This document shows, one piece after another, positions 24,601 through 36,600 of a DNA stretch of 64,000 nucleotides; within the stretch, counting starts at the first letter, position 1; every line of letters begins with the position of its first letter. The position numbers and the translations under genes are program-made. Source of the DNA: Hydrolagus affinis (taxonomy: Eukaryota); contig JAAILG010001525.1 of assembly GCA_012026655.1 (NCBI GenBank), forward strand, positions 1-64,000. Direction: 5' to 3'. The notes beneath the pieces were generated by a model, which was not told the origin of the DNA, ran no database searches, and saw nothing but the letters and a program-made list of their open reading frames with translations.

Positions 24601-27600
24601 AAACAGATTTATCTACACATGGAATTAAGGGGACACTCTCTCCCTGAGCTTCCTTCGTTACCTAATTCCAGAGTTTTAGGCAAGAGCCATGACTCAGCAT
24701 GTGTTAGGAGGGGCATTTGCTGGAGTCTAACCTAGCATAACTCGCATCCTCTCCCCTCGTTCAAGGCACATCTCAAAATATGCTCTTTGACCGCAATTTC
24801 ATTCATCTTTCCCCTCTCCGCCCCACCCTCTGCTCCCATCCCCAGCTCAGATATCCTTGAAGCTCTGTTGAGCACATCAAGATGCCCTCCTGATATGAAA
24901 GGTGCTGTAGAAATATAATCTGTACTATAATGTATTGTAACCACTGTCATAAAACCCTCCCTCTTCTTGACTATCTCTCCCGCTGGCTAGGGTCAGACTC
25001 TGACTCTGTGTCAAGAGTGCTATATAAAGTTGTTGTTGTTGCTGTCTCTTCCATCCATCGTACTTAACCCTCTCACCCACTCCTGGCCTCCTGCCCTTCT
25101 GCTCTCCTTAGCCCTGGCTCTGTCACTGCAAAGTGCTCTGAGGCGTTTTGTGATGTAAAATGGGTTTGTTGTAAGTTGTTGTTGCTGTGCAGTGCACGTA
25201 CTACACAGCAGGCTGAGTCTGGAGGCCTGGAGTATCATCAAGATGTCTCCTGTTACCTGATGCTTGTGCTGGGGGTAGATTTCAAGCTCTCCGGGTTACG
25301 TCCCATCTTGTTGAGGATACTGAGGATCTGAGCGAATTTGGGTCTGTCAGTTCTCTCCTTCTGCCAGCACTCGAGCATCAGCTGGTGGAGCCGGGCCGGG
25401 CAGTTCATTGGGGCCGAGAGACGAAAGCCCTCTTCAACAGCCTTAATCACCTGCACAAAGCAACGGTAGTGAGGGAATGACCTACTCACAGTGAGAACAA
25501 GCATCCCTGACGCTCTGTGATTGATTTTAACAGGGCCGCTGTGATCAGCGCCAAATTTAGACTCTTAACCCAATAAACACTCTGCTCTGCGCAAGATTTT
25601 ACATCTGGATACACAATGACGAGCATGCCCAATTATACAGCAGGAAAGACTAATCCAATTGTGCGACAATCAAAAATAACATGGCTCCTAGCATTACGGC
25701 AGTAACATTTGTGGTTTTCCTTAAGCGTTCCTTACATCAATGTTGGTGTTAATGTATTATTGCCACAATTAGTGATGTTCAGCGTGAACCAAGACTCAGA
25801 TCTCGATCCTGCAGCCTTTGTCAGTGAGTGTCCATTCCTCCCCTTCGTCCCCCACCCCCTAGAAATCTCCAATTTTCGAATTGACCTGCCACCATCTTGA
25901 ATTCCACATGTCAAGGCAGCAGATCACAAGATCAGTTCCAATAAAGAAGGCCCCTTGGTCCGCCTGATCACTGCAGAATACCCATCCTACTGTCTTCCCA
26001 TCACAGCATCAAGCCGCTTATTAAATGAGATCCAGTCTCCACCACCCTTCTTGGCAACCCGACCCAGCCATTGATTACCCTCTAGGGTAAAGAAAAGCTT
26101 GCTGGTGAAATAGCGATTTGCTTTCCTAAACCTTTGTTCTTCTTCTTCTACTTGTTATGGCGCAAACTAAAATAGTCTTGTGGGTTTGCTTCTCCAATCC
26201 CATTAAAAAAGTTATAGACTTCCATGAGGTCCCCTCTGAGATGTCTTTGCTCAAGACTGAAGAGTTCTGGCTTGTCTAATCGTTCTCGCAGCTCATTCCT
26301 CTAACACTGGAGTTTTGTTCTTTGCCCTTAGAGAGCGATGTAGAGTTGTATTTGGACTTGTTTCCTGGCCTGAATCTTTAAGCAAGCAGCAAAATTCCAG
26401 CTCATTCCCAGGGGGTGGGTTGGGTGTGGAATCTCAGGACACTACAACCTAGTGGTGACTCATTGTATTACAGCTTTAGTGTGACAGCTTAAACACCAGT
26501 TGTTGGTGAGTTAATGAAAGCCAATGTAAACATATAATCAGAGAACATTTCAGCACAGGAGGAGGCCATTGAGCCCATTGTGTCTGTGATGGCTCTCTAT
26601 AAGAGAGATTTGTTTAGTTCCACTCCTTGTCGTTCACTTTTGTCTTTCCATCATCCTTCCCCTCCTTAAGCCCCTGACTCCCAACCCCACCTCTAACCCA
26701 CTGCCCCACCACCATTTGTAAAGGGCTTGTAGACTTCAAATCGACGTGAAAAGTGGCATATTAACATCAATCATTTTGTATTTACCAGATTCCAATTTAA
26801 TCTTTTCCTTTTCTAATATGTGTCTTCAACATATTTCTAATATTGCTTTTAGAACTTTTCATACATTTTATTATACTCCTGATGATGGTCCAAATGGCCT
26901 TCTTGTGTGTTGCACATTTCTAAGTTCTATGGTCTTGAGATGTAGCTTTTTACCTGCGCTGTCAGCCACCTGTCCACCACCTCCCTCCCAACATCGGGTT
27001 TCCAGTCAGTCCTCCTCCCAACAGGAGAGATGCTGAATGTAGGTTGTTTTAAACCCCTTTATAACTACTATTCTGGAACCTAATTAAGCCTCTGTATTAA
27101 TAAGAACAACTCCCAGTTTCTGCACTGAGCTTTCTCTGCGGCTGAGGTTACAATCCTGACTTTGCTGGACGTCAAGTGGCTCAGCCCAGCAGACCCAAGG
27201 CATGGCAGTGAGTAGCGTGATCTGAAGCGCTTTCTCCCCCTTCGTCAACTCACGTCTTGATTGGACATGTCCCAGTACGGCCTCTCTCCGTAGGACATCA
27301 TCTCCCACATGACTATCCCGAAGCTCCACACGTCACTGGCCGAGCTGTGTCTGTGGTACTGAATGGCTTCCGGAGCTGCCCATAAGGCTGAAGTCCTCCC
27401 ACCCTGTGTTGGGAAGAGTTGCCAGAGAGACGGAAATGTTACACGGCTGAAAGTTATCACTGAGCAGCAGATGGCAGAGACTGGCAGAGACGGGCGTCCT
27501 AAGCTGTCCTTCCGGGATTTCTGGAGACACTTTAATGCAATGGAGAATAAACACTTATACCTTACTCATTGTGAGCAAACTCTAACTTTTACTTGGTTGC

Positions 27601-30600
27601 TTGTCAATACACTGTGTTCTTTTACATTTGAAAATCGTTTATTTCCGTAGCTCTCGGACATTGGGGAAACGTTGTTTTGGAGGATGATTCAGTCGAAGCT
27701 TATTTATTTAAGCTTATTCATGCTAAATTTCATGCCTATTTGTGAGACAATTGTGCTGCTCCATTTTCCTACCAATACTCAATCATTTTGTTTCACATTA
27801 ATTCCCGTGAAACACTTTGAATTCACATCCATTCCGTGAATGTCCTTCCGATGTGATCAGGCCAAATGCAGGGATTATTATTCTTATTATTGTTATTAAT
27901 TTATCAGTTATTAATGCAGACAAAGAGAAGATGTGCCAGCCTACAAAATCCCTGTGCACTACTGTCAAATCATATGAAGCACTTTGAAGCACAAGATAAG
28001 ATGCTATATCATTAGTATCATGACTAAACACTTAATCAAGGCCAGCAACATTTCACAAACAACACTGAATCCAGTTTTGGATCTGGATTGGGACAACTTC
28101 AAACGCACCCACCGCCTGTGCGCAGATTGCATTTCAATACTTCTCTGTCGTCAACCAGGAACAAGTGACATGAGGATTCGCAACTTTTAATCGAAGCGTC
28201 AAATTAATGGACGTACATTCCTTGCTAATAATGTACAGCATAAAGCACCTTGGAAAAGCAGTACAATATTTACATTGCACTGCTCTTGTCACCATTTGCA
28301 TTACTCAGTGTTAATTATCTCATGTTACTGATGATGGTTAATAAACAGGGTGGTTGAGTGTTTGCCAGGGAAAGAGAGCGAGGCGAAAGAGTTATATAGA
28401 GTGAATAAATAATTCTTGAATTTGACACGGCTCCTTTCACGTCAAGAAGATGGCCCAAAGTGCTTCACAGGATTTAATGTGCAATGCAGTGACTGTGTAA
28501 TTTATAGGTGAACACAGCCAGCAATTTGCACTAAGCAGTGTCCTACAAACAGCTATGAAGTGAATGACCAATTTTATCTAGGGGATTGTTGGCCAGGATA
28601 ATGGGAGAAATTCCATGTTTTTTTCCCAAGTGGTATTTAACATCCATCCAACAGGCACGGAGACCCTCAGTTTATCGCTTTGATCCAAAGGATGGCATCT
28701 CCAACAACATAGTGCTCCCCTCAGCACTTCATCGAGGTGTCAACCTAGACCAATGTGAGTTCAAAATCCCAAATTGCAGCTTGAACCTCAAATCTTCTGA
28801 CTCTGGGGCGAATGTTCTAACCCAATGAGTATTAGTATCATACCTCATACTTTGGGGAATTGGGAGAGGAGGATGCGTCCCTCCGGGGAGACAGCGCGCA
28901 TTTCATTCCAACAATATATCTCTGGGATTCTAATGTGTAGGTGGGATGTTTGGAATTCTCAGCTCGGTTTGAAACCTTTTAATAATAATAATCCTGGCAT
29001 TTAGTATAGCGTTTTTCACATCTTCTAGCTGTCTCAAAGCGCTTCACGGAGTATACTGTAACGTGAATTGGCTGTTTATATGTAGGCAAAACGCAGCAGC
29101 CAATTGTGGGAGCATTGTCCCACAAACAGTCGTGGATTGAAATGACCAATTTATTATTGTATTTTTGAGTATTATTGTATTTTTGAGTAATTATTATCAG
29201 GAGTAAGGAAACTTGCCCAAGGTTTTGCCTTGCCAGGAATCGGACCCAGGTCTGTCACTTGTTAGGCAAGTACTCTAACCATTCAGCTACAGGCCTCTAC
29301 CATAAGCACAGTGATGGGTTTCTGCATGTGTCAAGACACCCAGTTGACCGAAGGAAAATTAACCAACTGAGCCAGGCTGAGACACAGGCGTACCATAGCC
29401 TGTGCAGCTCTGATTGGCACTGTTGTGTTTCGCTCCACTCACCATAGTGGTGAACACCAGGTCCACTTTCTCGTCCTGGGACTGTCTGAAGCCAGCCACT
29501 TTGCACACCAGATTGCTGTTGACTAGGATTTTGTGGGCAGCCAAGGTTTTGTGCACGTAGCCCATCTCCGAGAGATACTTCATACCGGAGGCGATTCCGC
29601 ACAGCATCCCGATCAGCTGCACAACTGTGAACTGGCCTTCGTGTTTCTACAGAGGGAAGATGGCAGACACACACCAGTGATCAGACATGGCCTCGTGTGA
29701 CAGACTTGAGGCCTGAAATTTCATCCAGTCTTGGCCTGCAAGACCATTAAAAATTAATATCAAAGACACATAGATAACACAGATGGGAAGGAAAGATAAA
29801 AAGTATATAGGTCTATTGAATTTGCTCCTACTCCATCTCCTTCAGAACAACCACCCACATATCTTTCTCGCCCCTTCCTGTCCTATCTTCAGGTCGCGCC
29901 TGATGACCTTTCTCTTCAACTGCGCCTACAGTCAGTTTCCCCTCCCCCCCGGCCTCGGACTCCGCCATAGTTAAGCGCCTGAGGCACTGCCTGGCGTGGA
30001 GCGAGCTGTTGTTTTTGTTAACTCCTCGTCCCTCCTCGTCCAAATTTATCCTCAATTTATATTAATTAGCTGCCAGTCCCATTGTTGACTTGGGGATTTT
30101 GCCTACACTGACATGGATAATCAACTATACTTTGTAATGAGCTTTGAGATGTTTTATTTTACTTAAAGGTGCTGCATACATTCAAGATAAATCACTTAAT
30201 CAAATGGAATAAAGGGCATTTTTAAATAGAATGGAAGAGGCAGTGAAGGAGGGCATTTGATAGAAAGAGCATCATGTTAAGACTTCAAAGGCCTGATACC
30301 ATGCGAGAGGCTGAGCTAAAATGATGCTTCAGTCTAACGCAGAAGCAATTGGATTAGAATGTGCTTGACGCAATCTCTAGGCTGTTCAGGGAACCATCAA
30401 AGACCCAGATGTCATGAGTCAACGAGCTTTCATGTGGATAAATATTTGAAACCACAAGATTAATAATTTATCAGTCGCCTCGCTTAAACCATGAGCTCAG
30501 CTCAGGTGTCACACTGGGTTCCCTCTTCCTTCTGAAGGTATAAAAGCTTGGCTGAAGGGAGGAGTAGGGGGACATTATTGTACAGAGCTAACAACAGTCA

Positions 30601-33600
30601 CGTTTATCTCACAGTCTATGATGTGACTTGAACCAAATGTTTTCTGACAATAAATGGTCACCAGAGAGTTGCTGTGTTGTTAATGACAGCACAAAGACTT
30701 TCCAGTGTTATAATTAAGGCCGACTCTATGACAAGACACCAATCCCCATTAGCATTGAATAACCACAGGCTGCTTGTTACATCTCCCCCTCTCTCCACAG
30801 CACTGCCTCAATCTGAGATGTGGGAACCTGGACCTGTGTCCTTTTGGGAATCAAACAATGAATCCCCAACAAGCTAGTCACCCGAGGAGGCCATTCAGCC
30901 CATCCAACTTGTTCAGTCAGCACCTGTCCCTCATCCAGAACTGGCCCACATGCCACACAACCTCCGCCCACCCCAAACCCGGATTGGGCCAAAGGAATAA
31001 GACATCCAACCGGGTTTCCCAGATGTTGGGGATGATTTGCAAATTGTTTGTGTAATTTACACACTCAGCGCCTTGGGACGTCCTCCTGACGTGAAAGGTG
31101 CTATATGAATATAATTTTGTTGTTGTTGTGGAGGAGCTGAACTCTAAGTTCTAAATCTATTGTGTCCTCAATGTTGGTCCTTTGATGTCTCTCTGCTGAA
31201 CATGATCGTCAGCTCCATGGGACGTCCTCCCAACGTGAAAGGCGCTATACAAATGTAATTTAGATTGATTGATTGAAGCCATGTGGCCAACAGCTTACCC
31301 TTAAGAATGAGTCCAGCACACCATTTGCCATGTATTCAATGACAATCATCATGGGTTTACCTGTAAACAGCAAAATCGCTGTGTTATTAAAGTTACACCA
31401 CACAGGGGCACACAGATTACAATCGAATGCAAGTTTCATAGAATTTATAGAGCATGTCACATGAAAAGGATGTCTCAAAGAACTTCACAGGATTTAGTCT
31501 AATGTGGAGTGACTAAGGTGGCCATGAGAGGTGATATATCTGAACTGGCTCCGAGGTGTCTTGGCAATGGAATTTCAACCCTCCGTTGCCGACTTGCTCT
31601 TCCGGTTCCTGAGCCAGGCAGGTCCGCAGTATTCCAGGGCATTGACGATGACAGCCCAGTCAGTCTAACCTCTCTTCTTCGGGAGCGAAGGAGAGAAAAT
31701 CAGACATGGAACCATCCAAGGACAGAACAATTCACACACGCCTTCTTTCAAGTTTCAGAGTTGACCCTATTTACTTACACATGCGGTTTGTACACCTGGG
31801 TTTACACAGTGATTTGCACGTCGGCTGACACATGTGCATACATGTGCTTTGGCGTGGTGGCTCACAGTGTGTTATTGTGCTGAAACCCTCACCTCTTGTG
31901 AGAACCCCTTCCAGGCGGATGACATTTGAATGGTCGAACTGTCCCATGACACTGGCTTCTGTCAGGAAGACGCGTTTCTGTTTGTCCGAGCAGCCGACCT
32001 TCAGTGTTTTGATGGCCACCAGGAGTTCCCGCTTACTTGGCAGTTTGAGACAACCTCGGCAGACTTCACCAAACTCCCCTGCGACAGATAGCGACACAAA
32101 TATCAGAGGGGACACCAGCCTTGGGGAGCGGGCTGGGGTTCGAGGTGGGGGGAGGGAGCGGGGGGAGGGAGCGAGGAGACATCTGATCTCACCCTCCCCA
32201 GTGTAACTATGACGTGCGTAACATGAAAACAAGCCAGAGATGGGGAGCTCGATTGATGAACACTGTAGAGTTAAGGAGCTGCAACATAATAGCCAGACCA
32301 TCACACAGAGGGTTTTGAGCTAAACATCACACACAATGCTCACACTCCCCTCCCTTCCCAATGTTTTTCTATATATAAAAAAGGCCTCTAAGATTCAGAC
32401 CAACAACTGTTCTCCAGTGCAAGTCTTTGCTCAAATAGCACAGAGAGCTGCAGAGAACCCAGTCAAGCAAGCAATCGCGTCTGTGAGCTTATTTCAGTGG
32501 ATGACAAAAAGCAAGTCATTACTGCTTCAGCTGGAGCAGAGAGTTAGGTTAAAGTAATATATTGTTCCCTGCAGACTTTGTGCTCGTCCCAGGAATAGGC
32601 CGAGTAGTCGCCTCCGAAGCCACCGTACACCACAACAACTTAATAATAATAATCCTTGCATTTGATGTAGCGCTTTTCACATCTTCTAGACTTCTCAAAG
32701 CGCTTCACAGAATGTACTGTCAAGTGAATTGACTGAATATTGTGTGGGCGAAACGAGGCAGCCGATTGCGCACAGGAGTGGTCTCATAAGCAGTAATGGA
32801 TTGAAATGACCAATTTATTATTGTGTATTTTTTGAGGGATTATTATTAGGCGGGTGGAGTAAGGAAACTTGCCTAAGGTTTCGCCTTGCCTGGAATCGAA
32901 CCCAGGTTTCTAACCACTGAGCTCCAGGACTCCAAACTTGGAGGGAGAACGCGGGTAAATGAATGTAGGATGGGGCCAGTGATAGGAGCTGAAGGCGGGG
33001 TGGGTGAGGAAGATGGAATGAGGGTGGTGGAAGACGATGCACATTCCTTTCATATCGGGACAACATCTCGAAGCGCTTGACACTACTGACTGCGCAGGTG
33101 GACCTGGGGAATGTGAGCTGAAGATAGTGGGGAGGGCAAAGATTACTGAAAGGTGACAGTCAAAGTAGTGGGTTGTGTAATATGCATTTATACGCTTCAG
33201 CTGCAGTCCATACCTCCTCCAATAACTCGCTCTATTTTGACGCAGGAAAGGTCCAGTTCTTTGGCGAATAAGTGTACGGCATGGACAGAGTCCTCGCAGG
33301 TCTCTGGATCGATGTAGGTTCTTCGGCTCGGGATCTTGACTGAAACAAAATGGATATTCACGCCGAGGCCCAGGCAAGTCGGCCATCATCAAAACACACC
33401 CAGACACAGCAACTGCTGTCCTTGGGAGGAGTATTTAATCAACCAAAAGGTCACCTGTGCCTGCCTTTCAGACATGAGGATGTTAAAGATCCCACAACGC
33501 TAATAAAAAAAAGAGAAGGGAGTTTCTCCCAGTGTCCTGATGAACACTGATCCCACAGCAAAATTGACCCTCCCTCCCTCCCTCCCTCCCTTCCGAGAAG

Positions 33601-36600
33601 GAAAGAAGAAAAACGAAGAAAGAGTACAAAGGATAGTAGGAATGCTCAAGAAGAGATAGAATAACACAGAGAAAGAAATAAAGGAGGGAGGGAGGGAGCG
33701 AGAGAGAGAGAGAAAGGCACACACAAAGAAAAAATATGCACAAGAGAGCAGGATAAAGAAATATCAAAGGTTAGGGGCACGGTTACTGGAGAGATTCAGA
33801 GAGAAACAAGAGAGGAAAGGCAAGATAAAGATGTAAAAACTGACACTTTCACAGAAGTGTTCATTAGGCTGTGATCAATGCAAAGCAAAACCTTTCAACT
33901 CCATTGATGTCAAACGGGCTTGCGAGCTCTCTTGGAGCATACACTGGGATTACTTGTAAAACCATCATTTACAGCCTCGTTTGCTTCACCATTAGCCTGT
34001 GAACGTCAAGTGCTGCTCGCAGGCATTTTGTCAGAAAATCCAAAGCTACACTGTTTATGCGCTGATCAATAAACGCAGCATAAAACCATACACTGACTCA
34101 GCACTCAAGATTGTCCCTTGTAGGAGGCCTCCCTGGCCTCCATCAAGTCTCGCCTCAAGACTCTTCTCTTCGATGGACCCATCAGCAACCTCTAATCCAC
34201 CCCTTCCCCCCACCCCGCCCACCCCCTCCCCCCCACTCCTCCCCGGCCTCAGCTCAGGTCTGAAGCACTGACTGTCCAGTGCCTTGGGACATCCTCCTGA
34301 TGTGAAAGGCACTATACAAATGTAATTTTGTTGTTGTTGTTGTTGTGTTTGCCTCACACTGATTTCTTAAGTTTTCATTTATTCTTATCATTGGTTATTT
34401 CTATCGTGTTCGATAAATTCATAACCTTAGAAAGAATATTCTTTCAGAAATATAGTATCTTAACCTGGAGCCCAATTTAGTGTGTACAATTATTATTCCA
34501 AACTTATTTTAAAGCAATAACAACTTTCGATAAGGGAATTGGATATGTACTTGAAGAGGAAACACTTGCAGGTATAAGGGGAAAGAAAGAGAGGAGGGAG
34601 TGGGACTGATTGTCTTGCTCTTCCAAAGAGCCATCAATAGACACAATGGGCCGAATGGCCTCCTTCTGTACAGGAATATTTTACAATTCTATCAAATCCA
34701 ACTCCCAGATTCCTCGACCTCAACCCCTCTCACTTCGAGGCAGCTGTGCGTAGGTCAGGCCGTGAGGCATGAAGTTGTACGAAGGTGGAGTTAAGAGAAA
34801 CACGAATTGTCCTGTGTTTTTTCCCTCCTTTGTTGTTCAATCGCTCGGGATAGGCTGACCTTTAACCCTGCCCCAAATTACCACCACCTTAAAGATAGGT
34901 CTTAGATTGAAGGCTCATTTCTCAGTGATTGATGAGAGTGCGCTCACTCTCGCTCCCTCTCTTGCACTCTCTTTCTCTGCGTGTAGCAAAGCCATATCTC
35001 CGGTGCATCTCTCTACACTAGAATGCAGTCAGCAGGAATCGCGGTGGGGATGCTTTTCTGGGTTAAACATCCAAAAAGGCACCTGCTGGCGATTAATCAG
35101 GAGAGAGATAACAACAGGCAGGATGGGATCTGCAGATGAACCTAGATAATACACCAAGGTTTGACAAGATGTTTCCTCATTTCCGATATCCTGTATTCTC
35201 TGATACCAGATTATCTGCCTGGTCAAGAGGGCAAAAAAAAGTATCACTGATCCCCACTCGATGTCTAGGGAATGAATTCAATGCTGTGTTTCAGATCACA
35301 AGATAAAAGGGATTTAACAGTGTTCAGCCCTTGACTTCTGACGAAGGCCACTGTTCGATAGAGATGAAACAATGGTCAGGCAGGGAGAGAACGGTGGTGA
35401 AAAAAACCCATAAAAATAGTGGCACTTTAATTTAGTGCTCATTAACGATATCTCTGCTAAAGCACTAAACCTGCTGTGATACACTGACTGACCTGTGCTG
35501 ACATCACATTTCCAGCCCCTCTTGTCATCAAGTTCTCAACGTGGATGACGAAGCGGCATTTAGTGAGCCAGGAGCCAGGGAGAGAATGTATTTTGTCGCT
35601 CACTTGAAAGATCCAACCCAGAGAGTAACTCGATTAAAAAGCTAATAAACCCTCCTCGTTTATCAGGGCCGATAAATGAGAAACTCTTGACTTTCCTCTT
35701 CGAGGGTGGAAATCCAAAATGGTGACACCTCAATTTGGAAATCAAGAGTAGGTTACTACTGTGTGCACACTGTCCCTGCGTTCGTCCACAAAAACACAAT
35801 CACTATATTTATAGTGTAATATTTATAATAATATAATCATTGCATTTGATATAGCACTTCTATTTTAAATGTGCTTCGCAGGATACTCTGTAAAGTGGAT
35901 TGACTGTGTACTTTATGGGTGAACACGGCAGCCAATTTGCACACGTCAATGTCCCGTCAACAACCATGGAGTGAGTGACCAATTTTATTTGAGGGGATTT
36001 GGAGCCAGGATGCCAACTTATTCTGTGTCTTGGCCAACAATCCACCACAGTTTATCCTGTGAAGAGCTTTGAGACGTTCGCCTGACGTGAAAGGTGTTAT
36101 ATCAAATGTAAGGGTTATTATTATGATGGTTGGGCTACATGACTACATCACTCCCACCCTCCCCGTCACCCAGAGGATCGAATTCAAGATCATTGTTCTC
36201 ACTTTCAAGGCCATTCACGGCCTTGCCCCCGCCTATCTCTCTGACCTGCTGTTTCCCTATCAGCCCTGCCCTCCCACTCCGTTCAGCAGACTCAGGCCTG
36301 CTCCGCGTCCACCGCCCTAACCGCCCAACCATCAGCAGCCGGGCTTTCAGCCTCTCTGCTCCCACACTGTGGAACTCCATCCCACAGCCCCTCCGCCTCG
36401 CTTCCTCTCTTTCCTCCTTCAAGGCCGTTCTCAAGACTTTTCTCTTTGATCGCGCCTTTGGCTGCCCCACTAACTCTTCCCCTCTCCCACTCTCCTTCCC
36501 CTACCCCTCCCCTCCCCCTCCACCCCCTGCTCGGGTCCCGACCCGACTTTTCAGCGCTTTGGGACGTCCTCCCAACGTGAAAGGCGCTATATAAGTGCAA

